Below, one piece after another: positions 1 to 9,220 of a DNA stretch of 64,000 nucleotides. Origin of the DNA: Minisyncoccota bacterium. GTDB lineage: Bacteria > Patescibacteriota > Minisyncoccia > Phycocordibacterales > Phycocordibacteraceae. Every line of letters starts with the position of its first letter. The stretch's first letter is position 1. The notes under the pieces are model-generated. The model was not told the DNA's origin, searched no databases, and was given only the letters and a program-made list of their open reading frames with translations. A program made the position numbers and the translations under genes. The stretch is from the NCBI GenBank assembly GCA_035531495.1, contig DATKSU010000005.1, forward strand, positions 41,984-105,983. The letters are read 5' to 3'.

Positions 1-926
1 CACTCCGAAGGGCGACCAAAACGTGTCCTCATTGAAGAGCTGCCCCTCGACGAGAGCCCGCGCCTCTCCTGGCGTATAGAGGTCAGCGAACAGGGGCGCG
101 AAGTGCGCCCAGGTCGCGACCGTGAGCGGCTCGTACTCGGTGATGGCGACGTGCGACCAGTAGATGCCGTCCTTGTAGAGGCGCTCGCGCATCGCGGCGC
201 TGACGAGCTCGATGTTGAGCTTGCAGAAATGCTCGCCGTCTTCCTTCCCGAGCAGGGATGCGATGTGCTCCAAAATGCGCAGGTTCTCGACGAGGATGGC
301 GTTGAACGGCACGTCCTTCACCCAGAAATGCCGCTTCATGCACAGTTCCGCGTCGAAGTCGCAGGTGCGGTTCGCGTCGACGAGCTCGAGGCGCCGCGCG
401 AGGTGGTCGTGGAGCGAGATGTCGGCGGGCACGTGGAGGACGGCGTCGAAGCGCGGCGAGTTGTCCTCGCCGGATTCATCCGGATTGATGATGCCGACCA
501 AGTGGTGGTCGTGCGGGTCGCGTTTGTCGATGAGGTACTCGTAGTACTTCGCGAGCGCCGGATAGAGCTCGGCGAGGAAGGCGTCGTCATGCGTCTCCTT
601 GTAGATCTCCCACACGGCGTACGCGAGCATTGGCGGCTGCGTGAGCGCGCTCGTGCCGTTCGTGCCCCAGTCGTAGCGGTGCAGGTTGCCCGGCACCCAG
701 TAGATGATGTGCGGGATCATGCCGTCCGGGAACTGCCGCGAGACGAGCGCGCGCAATTCCGCCATCGCCGCTTCGGGCTCGGACTTCGCGAGCACGATGG
801 CATGGAAACAGGAATCCCAGAGCCACTGGTAGGGATAGGCGTCGGGCGACGGGACCGTGTACATGTGCCCGTCGGTCGTGCGGCGATTCGCGGCGAGGAG
901 CTCAAACGCCTGGTCGCGGATGGACA
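1..926 (-). CDS. (alpha/alpha)6-barrel glycoside hydrolase (GH63/GH37/glucosyl- or mannosylglycerate hydrolase-like), 5' part; runs off window start
   Basis: Minus-strand translation from ATG at 926-924 gives MSIRDQAFELLAANRRTTDGHMYTVPSPDAYPYQWLWDSCFHAIVLAKSEP...PDESGEDNSPRFD..., open to position 1 with no stop. The YxWLWDS motif is typical of six-hairpin glycosidases. It is absent from the ORF track because it has no in-window stop. The + ORF 103..981 is its antisense shadow. Confidence 0.6.
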
Positions 927-1028
927 TATAGGCACTATACCCCGCCCCCGCAGCGCCTCCCGGCGTCGCGGGATGGATTAGGCGCTTAAGCAAGCGCGGC
1001 CGGTCATGTTTCTACAACCAGTGGTAAC

Positions 1029-1250
1029 ATGGCACTACGTCTGCTCTCTATGCTTACCTCCTTCTTTCTCATCATCGGCGGCACGTTCGGCTTCCTCGCC
1101 GCGTGCATCGCGTTCCTCATCACCTTTCAGGAATACCGGAAGCACAAGTTCGAGGGCTGGCGGCTCTGGCGCGAGGCGCTCACTGTCGCCACGTTCACTT
1201 TCGTATTCTTCTTCGGGTTATCGCTGCTCATCGGCTACATGCTGAAATAA
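1029..1250 (+). CDS. small two-TM membrane protein, hypothetical
   Basis: 73-aa ORF with two hydrophobic helices (LLSMLTSFFLIIGGTFGFLAACIAFLI; TVATFTFVFFFGLSLLIGYML). Coding-like composition. Confidence 0.4.
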   Translation: MALRLLSMLTSFFLIIGGTFGFLAACIAFLITFQEYRKHKFEGWRLWREALTVATFTFVFFFGLSLLIGYMLK

Positions 1251-1353
1251 CGGCCTCGTTCAGAACAAATACCTATCAGCTACGAAGGCAAAAGAAAAAG
1301 CCACCAAGAAGACCGCAACTGATTGCGGTTATCCATATGCTATTATCCGCTAT

Positions 1354-1719
1354 ATGCAAAACTCTATGGAAAGAAATGCTATGTTCCTAGAGGGAACCCT
1401 TGAAGATGCCGAAAAGATTTTAGCAACCGAGGCCTCGGCAAATGAACACATTGCGCACCTTAAAACACTCCTTGTCTCTGTAGACACTCCTGAAGGACGA
1501 CTTGCTATTGCCGACTACGGCGTTAGTCAGATAAGTGAGAATGAGAACGAAAAACTCGCTTCGTATTTCTTTGTTGTGTCGAGTTTGAAAACACTCTCTC
1601 GGGAGGCGCGTGATTTCTTTACAGATACGATGCTGTACTGCGAGGACGATATAGGCCCACTCAAAAGTGCAGGTGCTGTCCGAAATATGTACGAAAAAGA
1701 AATACGCCCTGTCTTGTGA
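1354..1719 (+). CDS. hypothetical acidic protein (low-GC island)
   Basis: 121-aa ORF in an AT-richer segment. No recognisable domain. Confidence 0.35.
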   Translation: MQNSMERNAMFLEGTLEDAEKILATEASANEHIAHLKTLLVSVDTPEGRLAIADYGVSQISENENEKLASYFFVVSSLKTLSREARDFFTDTMLYCEDDIGPLKSAGAVRNMYEKEIRPVL

Positions 1720-1755
1720 CACAGGGCGCGTGCCTATGAAGGCATGTGAGGCGTT

Positions 1756-1956
1756 TTACCGCTTCGACTTGTTGGGGACAGCGTTGGCACTCTTGGTGTG
1801 CCCGCTGGAGTCTTTATGCACGGCGATGTGCTGGTGGTCAGCTTTGCCGCTGCCAGTATCGCGAAGGTAGTGGGTGGTCGTACCACCACCAGACCGCGAA
1901 CTCGTTTTCTCGCTTACAGAACCGCCACTGTCTTTGAACCAATCAGACCAACCCAT
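1756..1956 (-). CDS. small Gly/Ser/Thr/His-rich hydrophilic protein, hypothetical
   Basis: 66-aa ORF MGWSDWFKDSGGSVSEKTSSRSGGGTTTHYLRDTGSGKADHQH... It overlaps the equally doubtful + ORF 1798..2118. Only one of the two, if either, is real. Confidence 0.2.
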   Translation of the reverse strand: MGWSDWFKDSGGSVSEKTSSRSGGGTTTHYLRDTGSGKADHQHIAVHKDSSGHTKSANAVPNKSKR

Positions 1957-2293
1957 GATACATCTCCTCTAGCTAGGGGGAACGGAAACAAAGGAACTCC
2001 TCCAACTGTATTTGGAATTGAAACAACTATAGCACGAAGAAATGTGTTCAGCAAGTCAGTCGGTCAGTCTACCCAGCCCCGCTCTTCAGGATATAAACCC
2101 TTTGACAGGGTACTCTGAAAAGATGCTGAGAAACATTTTGAAGTCTTCTGCTGTAAATGACTTACTTTAGCGGATACAATTCCGAGTTCTATTATCCCAT
2201 AGCCCGCGTCATGTGAGCTTGTATTTCCTTATTTATCTTCGATGCGCGCTCTCGTGGACGCTGCTGGAGCCGGGATTCTGAGTTTCGTGCGGT

Positions 2294-2923
2294 TTAACTC
2301 TTCGGCTTCCTAACTAAGATCTCGGCCTTGATATTAAACATGGGGGTCCCGTCGGGGTGAGTGGCTTTGGCCCAGCCATCCCCTTCGTTGTAGGAAAGCA
2401 CTTCCCAGTCAGAATACAGTTCCTTTATTTCTCCCAAGGCGGGGTAAAAATGCACTCGATCCGTTTTCGAGAAATCCCCTTCTACAGTAAACGCGGCGAT
2501 GGCATTCAAACCTCCTTCTCTCGTGTGTTCCTTGATATTCCGAATAAACGCTTCAGCCTCTTGCCTTGTCAGGTGATGGAGCATGAAAGTCGAAACGACG
2601 AAATCGTACTCCTTTGTAAGACCCTCCCTTGCGTCGCCGACTTCCGCTTTGAAGTTCGAGAGTGATTCCTTCTCGGCGAAGCGATTCATCGCCTCTACCC
2701 CTACGCGGGAAATGTCTATCGCGCTGACCTGAAAACCGCGTTGCGCTAGAGCCAGCGCATTCCTTCCCTGCCCCGCGCCAAATTCGATAACCTTGGCGTC
2801 TTTAGGTATGAGTGTCGCGCCTTCAAGGACAAAGGCCTCTGGCCTGCCTCCGCCAAAGACCTTGTCGCTTTCGGAATACCGTTGGTCATACTTTTCGGAC
2901 AGACCGCTTCTTGGCTTTTCCAT
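2294..2923 (-). CDS. class I SAM-dependent methyltransferase, TehB-like
   Basis: VIEFGAGQGRNALALAQRGFQVSAIDIS matches SAM-binding motif I with the TehB-type architecture. 209 aa. About 50% GC, lower than the core. Confidence 0.75.
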   Translation of the reverse strand: MEKPRSGLSEKYDQRYSESDKVFGGGRPEAFVLEGATLIPKDAKVIEFGAGQGRNALALAQRGFQVSAIDISRVGVEAMNRFAEKESLSNFKAEVGDAREGLTKEYDFVVSTFMLHHLTRQEAEAFIRNIKEHTREGGLNAIAAFTVEGDFSKTDRVHFYPALGEIKELYSDWEVLSYNEGDGWAKATHPDGTPMFNIKAEILVRKPKS

Positions 2924-2970
2924 ATTAAGAAAGTATATGAAATTTTATATTCAATCACAGAAGACACTCA

Positions 2971-3597
2971 CTAGAGCCGGGAAGCTAAAATCTTCTCAAT
3001 GAGCAATTGTTTTGATTCCTCGCTCCCGAATTCATGATCGGCGCCCACTTCGCTTGCGTCGATATGGAGCTTCGGCATCGCGAGCGCGGTAAGCACCTCA
3101 GCGCTTTTGTGTTCTCTCATATATGCAGTCGTACTCGGACTAAAGGGGTTCTGGAACTTGTTCTTCTTCTCATCTTCGTTCAATGAATCTATGTACTTAA
3201 GCGCTGCTTCAGAGTTATCGTTGTCTATCGTAATCAACGCATAGCGCGTCGTCGACAAAGTACTTCTGCGGCTGCCGAGATAATACGCGACGATAACTGC
3301 TGAGAAGCTGTGCGCGACGAAGATGATTTGCGCAGGCTTCCGTTTTTGACTCGCTACCTCGATAGCTTCATCGAGGTCGGAAAAGTAATCTTCCATGGAC
3401 ATCGCATTCATGTCAGGAAGTGAGTCGTCATGGTAAAGCGGATCGTTCGCGAACTGTATGGAAATCGTGGAGCCGTGTTTTTTCAGAGCATCAAACAGGT
3501 ATTGAACGAGCGGCTCGTCCTTGCCGCCTGAGATGCCCGATATGATGACATAAAGCGTGTCGGTTGCATCATTGCGAGCCGTATTGAACTGGGCCAT
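2971..3597 (-). CDS. alpha/beta-hydrolase fold protein (putative esterase)
   Basis: Nucleophile-elbow-like IIFVAHSFSAVI (GxSxG-type) in a 208-aa protein. Low-GC context. Confidence 0.55.
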   Translation of the reverse strand: MAQFNTARNDATDTLYVIISGISGGKDEPLVQYLFDALKKHGSTISIQFANDPLYHDDSLPDMNAMSMEDYFSDLDEAIEVASQKRKPAQIIFVAHSFSAVIVAYYLGSRRSTLSTTRYALITIDNDNSEAALKYIDSLNEDEKKNKFQNPFSPSTTAYMREHKSAEVLTALAMPKLHIDASEVGADHEFGSEESKQLLIEKILASRL

Positions 3598-3654
3598 GAT
3601 GGAATGAAATATAAAGGGACGCTCCAGTGTCCCTTTACTTTACCACGGACAGTG

Positions 3655-3924
3655 CTACAGGTCGAACTCGCCGGCTTTCACGCCCCTGATGAAAGCGTCC
3701 CATTCGGCACGGGTGTAGGTTAGGGTGGTCTTCTTGGGGTCTTTGGTGTCGCGCACCATGACGGAATCGCCTTCCATCTTTACGGCAACGCAGAAGCGAT
3801 TCGCTGGATTCCAAACCGACCACGACGATTTTCGGAATCCGTCTCCATCGACGGAACCGGGTACAGCAGGAGTACTGGGAGACCGATGCAGCAAAACCGC
3901 AATGGTATTCATCGCTGATTTCAT
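3655..3924 (-). CDS. DUF397 domain protein
   Basis: GFRKSSWSVWNPANRFCVAVKMEGDSVMVRDTKDPKKTTLTYTRAEWDAFIRGVKAGEFDL matches the DUF397 pattern (WRKSSYS...CVEVA...VRDSKDP...F...W.AF...K.GEFD) known from actinomycetes. Confidence 0.7.
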   Translation of the reverse strand: MKSAMNTIAVLLHRSPSTPAVPGSVDGDGFRKSSWSVWNPANRFCVAVKMEGDSVMVRDTKDPKKTTLTYTRAEWDAFIRGVKAGEFDL

Positions 3925-4106
3925 AGCTCAACTCCTCTTTGGCCAAAGAGTGGAAAGAGCACCATTGCCCAATCCGGAATTATCGTACCAACTTTCTCCC
4001 CGGAGTCAACTTATCGGTAGCGCCGTTCCAGCTGCGTCTCGTTCCGCTTCCGTTTGAACCACAAAGACCGCTTAGCTGGGTGGTCTTTCTGAGATTCTGG
4101 AAACTG

Positions 4107-4180
4107 CGCGAGAGACGGGACTTGAACCCGCAACCTCCGCCGTGACAGGGCGGCGCTCTAACCAATTGAGCTACTCCCGC
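4107..4180 (-). tRNA. tRNA-Asp (GTC)
   Basis: Reverse complement GCGGGAGTAGCTCAATTGGTTAGAGCGCCGCCCTGTCACGGCGGAGGTTGCGGGTTCAAGTCCCGTCTCTCGC folds as a cloverleaf with anticodon loop CTGTCAC. 7-bp acceptor, G73, no encoded CCA. Confidence 0.9.
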
Positions 4181-4365
4181 AAAGTGAGGCAAACGGCGCG
4201 GAGCGCCGGACTGCGAAAGGTTGCGGAACTGCGCTTGTAGGGATTCCGGAACCTCGAGCAGGACGGGTGCCGCAGGCACCGTTTCGCCGAACGCGCGCGG
4301 AGTATCGTAATCGATACTCCGCGGCATTCTGGCGTATCCTACCAAACCCGCCCGAAAATGTCCTG

Positions 4366-4439
4366 TGCCGGGGGACGGAATTGAACCGTCGACCTTGGGT
4401 TTATGAATCCCATGCTCTAACCAACTGAGCTACCCCGGC
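4366..4439 (-). tRNA. tRNA-Met (CAT), elongator type (or Ile2/lysidine)
   Basis: Reverse complement GCCGGGGTAGCTCAGTTGGTTAGAGCATGGGATTCATAAACCCAAGGTCGACGGTTCAATTCCGTCCCCCGGCA. G1-C72 is paired and the anticodon loop is TTCATAA. Confidence 0.85.
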
Positions 4440-4695
4440 AGTGGAAATAATGTAGCAATGATGCGAGAACTTGACAAATATATCGCGAAAGCTACTCTGA
4501 TGACATGCATCGGGATCACAGCTATTGCGCAATGAAGACGAGCGGGGTCATCGGCCTCGGCCATTCGACTTGCGCATAGCCGCGATTTTTCTTCCCGATA
4601 TCATCCCCTCCGTCCCGTAAAGAAAGACCTCGGCTCTGCGGAAGCCGAGGTCTTCTCGCTTTCGGGCAGGGCATGCACTTTGACAGGAGTTCACC

Positions 4696-5298
4696 ATGAC
4701 CAAGGATGACGGACGCGTCGTGTTTCTCGAGGGACGTCGCGCGTATCTGCGACCGCCACAGGAATCGGACATTCCCTTGTTACTGCGCTGGTTCAATGAT
4801 CCGGGCGTGCGGAAGTTCCTCGGGCGGCTCTATCCGATGACCGAGGCGCAGGAGAAGAAGTTCATCATGAGGACGTTCGACGAAGCGCGGAACAATCTCG
4901 TCTTCATCATTGTCCTCAAGGGCGCGTCTCCGGAACGCGATCGACCCATCGGCACGATGGGCCTCCATCAGATCGAGTGGCACAACGGCGTCGCGACGAC
5001 GGGGGCGGCAATCGGCGAGAAGAGTTGCTGGGAGAAAGGTTACGGGACGGAAGCGAAAATGCTCATGCTCGAATACGCCTTCAATGCCCTGAACCTTCGC
5101 AAGATATACTCCCGCGTCCTCGCCACGAACCACCGCAGCAACGCCTACAGCAAGAAGTGCGGCTACACGCACGTCGCGACGCTGCCGGAGCGCCACTTTC
5201 GCGACGGCCGCTATGTCGACGAGCACATCCTCGAGGTGCGCGCCGAGACGTGGCGCGCGCTGTGGGAACGTTCGAGAAAGAAGTTCTTGCCGAAATGA
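4696..5298 (+). CDS. GNAT family N-acetyltransferase (RimJ/RimL-like)
   Basis: 200 aa with a typical GNAT core (LHQIEWHNGVATTGAAIGEKSCWEKGYGTEAKMLMLEYAF) and C-terminal RDGRYVDEHIL. Confidence 0.8.
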   Translation: MTKDDGRVVFLEGRRAYLRPPQESDIPLLLRWFNDPGVRKFLGRLYPMTEAQEKKFIMRTFDEARNNLVFIIVLKGASPERDRPIGTMGLHQIEWHNGVATTGAAIGEKSCWEKGYGTEAKMLMLEYAFNALNLRKIYSRVLATNHRSNAYSKKCGYTHVATLPERHFRDGRYVDEHILEVRAETWRALWERSRKKFLPK

Positions 5299-5303
5299 TT
5301 CGG

Positions 5304-5326
5304 CGCGCCGCCCCTCCGGGGCGGCG
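5304..5326. terminator. GC hairpin between convergent GNAT and histidine-kinase genes (putative bidirectional terminator)
   Basis: gcgccgcccc-tcc-ggggcggcg followed by atttctt. It sits in the 34-nt gap between the ends of two convergent genes. Confidence 0.45.
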
Positions 5327-5331
5327 ATTTC

Positions 5332-6930
5332 TTACGCCGGCAATTCAACGATGAAGGTCGAGCCCCTGCCCTGCCCTGCCGATTCGGCGCGGATGGTGCC
5401 GCCGTGCGCGGCGACGATGTTCTTCGCGATGTAGAGACCGTAGCCGGTGGAGTATACGTTCACCTTCTGCGATTCCTTGCCGTGGCCGCCCTCGGTGAAG
5501 AGCCGGGCTTTGTCTTCGTCCGTGATGCCGACGCCGGTATCCTTCACCGCGAATACGAGCTTGCCGTTCTCCTTCTTGAGCGAGACGGCGATTGAGCCCG
5601 ACGGGGTGTAATTGATAGCGTTCTCGATGAGATTGCGCAGCACGTGGCTGCCGAGCTCGGCGCGGTCACCCGTCATCTGGTACGACTGCGAGTCGTCGGC
5701 CGCAAATGAGAGCGCGAGACCTTTCGCCTCCGCTCCGGGTCGTTCCTTCTCCGCTATCTCCGCAGCAAGCGCCTTCAAGTCGAACGGCTCCTTCTTGTAC
5801 GTCATCGTACCCTTCTTCTGGTTCGACGCCTTGAGGATATCCGCGACCGAGTCCACGCCATCGCGCGACTGCGCGAGCGCGCGCTCGACGAGCGGCCGCA
5901 GCTCCTGCGACAGCGCGCCGAAATCCCCGTCGAGGAGCGCAGCGAACGTCCCCATATCTTTCGTGAGGAACCCTTTCACCTCGTGGCCGATGAAGTGCAG
6001 AAGTCCTTCCTGCCGCTCATTCGTCTGTTCGAGCTCCTCACTCAACTTCTCAAGATTCAGCATGTCCATGACGATCTTGACGCTCCCGATGAGCACGATG
6101 ATGAACGCAGTTATGTTGATGGCGACGGCGCTCAGGCTCACGGAATAAATGATGTTAACGAAACTGAAAACGGTCACCATAAAACCGAGCAGTCCGGCAG
6201 TCGCAACCTTCAGGTTGAAATTGAATAATCGGTGCCGATAGATGGCGTATGAGATGAGTGCGATGAACGGGAGCAAGAAGAGCGCGGCGAGAGGTATGAA
6301 GCTGAGTTGGTTGAGGAATACGGGAAGGAAAACGTTAAAAAGAAGTATGAGAATTGCGGTGAGTGCCATTCCGGCAGCAATCGAATACTCCTGTTTGCGT
6401 TCTTGAACCTCTGTGCTTCCCCAAGCCTTCCGAATAATTGAGGTGACACCGGCGATAAGAAGACCGAAAGCAACTATAGAGAAAATGATAATACCTGGCC
6501 CCCGTTCAGGATTCGTGACGTATCCAGGAGGAGCAAGCGCGGTAATGCCCGAAAATACGAAAGGGGTCAGAACCAGTATCATGGTCATTCCCACGATAGG
6601 AATGAGGCCGAATTTATACCAGCGCGGGAAAGTCACCTTATCCTTCGGAAAGACGTATGCGAGCTGGAAGAAGAGGAGGGCGTGAAGCGTGGAGAGAAAA
6701 AGATGGAATCGGAGCGCCCAGAGGGTCGCGTCGATAGTCGTGAACTTGTACTCGAGGTAATTCGAAACGCCCCAGATGGCGGTAAGAATGGAGAAATAGA
6801 AGAACGTCCGACTGGTTATACTCCTCGGATTCGTGAGATAGATGAGGAACCCGAGCAAGATGATGCCGGCGATAGCGACGCCGACCGAAAGCAGGTCGAA
6901 ATTAATATCGACGAGCGCGGTGATTCCCAT
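5332..6930 (-). CDS. sensor histidine kinase with polytopic N-terminal membrane domain
   Basis: About 8 TM helices, then an H-box (FIGHEVKGFLTKDMG) and HATPase_c motifs (NLIENAINYT; VKDTGVGI; GGHGKESQKVNVYSTGYGLYIAKNIVAAHGGTI). No adjacent response regulator. Confidence 0.9.
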   Translation of the reverse strand: MGITALVDINFDLLSVGVAIAGIILLGFLIYLTNPRSITSRTFFYFSILTAIWGVSNYLEYKFTTIDATLWALRFHLFLSTLHALLFFQLAYVFPKDKVTFPRWYKFGLIPIVGMTMILVLTPFVFSGITALAPPGYVTNPERGPGIIIFSIVAFGLLIAGVTSIIRKAWGSTEVQERKQEYSIAAGMALTAILILLFNVFLPVFLNQLSFIPLAALFLLPFIALISYAIYRHRLFNFNLKVATAGLLGFMVTVFSFVNIIYSVSLSAVAINITAFIIVLIGSVKIVMDMLNLEKLSEELEQTNERQEGLLHFIGHEVKGFLTKDMGTFAALLDGDFGALSQELRPLVERALAQSRDGVDSVADILKASNQKKGTMTYKKEPFDLKALAAEIAEKERPGAEAKGLALSFAADDSQSYQMTGDRAELGSHVLRNLIENAINYTPSGSIAVSLKKENGKLVFAVKDTGVGITDEDKARLFTEGGHGKESQKVNVYSTGYGLYIAKNIVAAHGGTIRAESAGQGRGSTFIVELPA

Positions 6931-6942
6931 GTCGTAAGGATA

Positions 6943-8007
6943 TCAGACGATTGACACTGCTTCTTCGAGCGGGAAGCGTAGCGCGTGTGCAGTAGGAGGA
7001 TCAGCGCGGCCGATGCGGAACATGAAAGCGATGTGCTTCCCGTCCGCGTTGAAAATCTGTGACGCTTTCCCGTATGCAGTCATGACGAGCCGCTGCTCCG
7101 CTGTCGTGAACATATCGCTCTCTCCTGCCGCTATCTTAAGCTTGAAGAACAAGACGCCGGTGAGCGGCTGAAAGCTGAGGCCGAGCGACGTCGCGGCGAG
7201 CCAGGTCCGCTCTACTGCGCGTCCGACTTTCACGAAGTCGATTGGTTCCGTGCCATCGATGATGAACGCCCCCATGGCGGCAGCGGAAGCATTCGTAGCC
7301 CCGTTCTGCTTCGCTACGATGCGATTGAAGCCGAGCTTGGCAAGGATGCGCATGACGGACCAGTTATTGAACATCTTGAACATCTTTTCCGCCGGCGGAG
7401 GCAGTTCGAGCGTCTTGATGTAAAAGCCTATCTTCTTCGCATCGTCTTCCTCCTTGGTCCAGGTCACGTGACTGAAAAAGAAATCATGAAGAGCGCGATT
7501 CGCGAGCATCACTTCCTCATTCGTCGAGCCGACGCGCCCGAGGACCGCGATGGCTTCCTTATCCTTTACGAGCTTGAGTGATCCTGGACGGCTTCCCACG
7601 GCGGCACTATGGAGCGTGTCCTCTTCGGCCTGCGTCAACGGCTCGGTGGCGTAGGGCTTGCGGTTCGAGATGCGTTCATAAATGAAATCCGCGAGCACGT
7701 CTCTCGGCGCGGAAGCGTCTTTGCGCAACGTGACCGTCGCGACATGCCACGCGTCGCCTTTGTCCGGAAAATACGAGACATTGGCCGCATATCCCTCTTT
7801 CGAAGAGGCAATAACGAGGTTCTCGAGCGCCGCGCCGCAGGCGAGATACGACGCGCGCTGGCCCCAGCCGTAGTAGGACTGATCGCGCTCCGGGCGTACG
7901 TGAATCTCGACCGTCAGACCGGAGACGACGAAGCGCCACGGCTGGCAATTCTCTCCGGAAGGCGCTTGGTTCGCTGCAGCAAGGATACGTTCCAGCGCGG
8001 TATCCAT
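6943..8007 (-). CDS. tandem-domain nitroreductase-family protein (Acg-like / SagB-type dehydrogenase-like)
   Basis: SGENCQPWRF nitroreductase signature near the N-terminus. The second half of the 354-aa protein is also nitroreductase-like. Confidence 0.7.
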   Translation of the reverse strand: MDTALERILAAANQAPSGENCQPWRFVVSGLTVEIHVRPERDQSYYGWGQRASYLACGAALENLVIASSKEGYAANVSYFPDKGDAWHVATVTLRKDASAPRDVLADFIYERISNRKPYATEPLTQAEEDTLHSAAVGSRPGSLKLVKDKEAIAVLGRVGSTNEEVMLANRALHDFFFSHVTWTKEEDDAKKIGFYIKTLELPPPAEKMFKMFNNWSVMRILAKLGFNRIVAKQNGATNASAAAMGAFIIDGTEPIDFVKVGRAVERTWLAATSLGLSFQPLTGVLFFKLKIAAGESDMFTTAEQRLVMTAYGKASQIFNADGKHIAFMFRIGRADPPTAHALRFPLEEAVSIV

Positions 8008-8012
8008 AGATC

Positions 8013-9200
8013 TTACAATCCGAAGGATCGCGCGAACGCTTCGGCGGCGGCGCGGCGGCGTGATTGTGATTCTTTTGAGTCGTAGCTGGACTCGAGCTTT
8101 TCGTCGAGAGAAATCAGTGCCCGATCATTGATGAGCGGCTGGCCGGCGAGTATCTTGCGGACGCAGTATGCGACCGCCGCGCCGTTCACCATAGCCGCGA
8201 TGCCGAGTTGCGGCCATGAGACGAGGGTCTTGCCCATCTCTTTTAGGGATTCCTGCATACGGATGGTGACGGTATCGGCGCCCACCCACTTCGTAATCAT
8301 CTTCCCGATGCCGAACTTGTCGAGCCCTTTGAGCGTCTCGTAGGAGACGTCACCCATGCGCCCGTGGAAGAATTCAGGGTGCGGCTTCATGTCATGGCGT
8401 TCGATCTCAATCAGAGCGTTATCGCCGTTATCGGCACCCATGACGATGGGGATGCGTCTCTTCCGCGCCTGTTCGCGGATGAGATACTTGAGCGCGAGAT
8501 TATCGATTTCGTCTACCACTATGTCGAGACCGTCGAAGAATTTCTCGATGTTCCCTTCCGTCAGTCCGTCAGGGAAGAGCTCGAGTTCGGTATAGGGATT
8601 TATCTCGTAGATGGTTCTCGCCGCCATCTCGACCTTCAGCATCCCGAGCCGGTCAGCACCGGCAAGGATGCGGTTCGTATTCGAAAGCGCGAGCCGATCC
8701 ATGTCGGCCAGCTTCATCTTCTTCCCTCCGCCGGACAATGCGATTGCAAACGCGACCGATGAGCCGACAGACAAGCCCGCGATGCCGATGGCGGCGTTAT
8801 AGAACTTCTCCTGCTCCTCTTCCGTGACGAGGTTCCGGTTGCGCGCCGTGCGCACGATGCGGTACTCGTCTTCCGGAAGGATGTGCGCGGCCAGATAGCG
8901 CCAGGGGAGGTATGCCCACCTGCCGTGCTCATGGAGCGGCTTCTCGTCTTGGAGCGATTTATAGTACGCCTGGAACTCTTTCTCAAAATCGGGCGTGTAG
9001 ACCTTCGAGGGATTCTTTATGCCGAAAAGCTCGCGCTGCTCTTCTTCGTAGTCGTCCGATATCTGCTTGATAGCGCCTTCTTTCACGAGCGACTCAAGGC
9101 GGGTGGTATCCTTCTCGCGTGAGAGGTCGAGAATAGTGGGCTTGGATTCGACGGGTTCGCTCGCGAGCTTGTCCAGAACGTTTCCAAGATTTTTCGACAT
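8013..9200 (-). CDS. ThiF/MoeB/E1-like adenylyltransferase-family protein with ~130-aa N-terminal extension
   Basis: Rossmann nucleotide-binding loop IGIAGLSVGSSVAFAIALSGGG, then E1-like core (RIPIVMGADNGDNALIE). 395 aa. Confidence 0.7.
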   Translation of the reverse strand: MSKNLGNVLDKLASEPVESKPTILDLSREKDTTRLESLVKEGAIKQISDDYEEEQRELFGIKNPSKVYTPDFEKEFQAYYKSLQDEKPLHEHGRWAYLPWRYLAAHILPEDEYRIVRTARNRNLVTEEEQEKFYNAAIGIAGLSVGSSVAFAIALSGGGKKMKLADMDRLALSNTNRILAGADRLGMLKVEMAARTIYEINPYTELELFPDGLTEGNIEKFFDGLDIVVDEIDNLALKYLIREQARKRRIPIVMGADNGDNALIEIERHDMKPHPEFFHGRMGDVSYETLKGLDKFGIGKMITKWVGADTVTIRMQESLKEMGKTLVSWPQLGIAAMVNGAAVAYCVRKILAGQPLINDRALISLDEKLESSYDSKESQSRRRAAAEAFARSFGL

Positions 9201-9220
9201 ATGAGATGGTTAAAGGCGTA

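Noticed and set aside
103-981. 292-aa + strand ORF rich in R/V/D/E
   Set aside because: It is an antisense shadow of the minus-strand glycoside hydrolase gene. The minus-frame translation has clear GH-like motifs, and the + frame is low-complexity.
3980-4345. 121-aa minus ORF between the two tRNAs
   Set aside because: Arg/Pro/Gly-rich low-complexity translation that spans hairpin-rich spacer DNA. More likely non-coding RNA or spacer.
6943-9200. Calling the nitroreductase plus ThiF pair a TOMM/azoline RiPP cluster
   Set aside because: There is no YcaO cyclodehydratase and no precursor-peptide ORF in the vicinity. The resemblance is limited to two accessory enzyme families.
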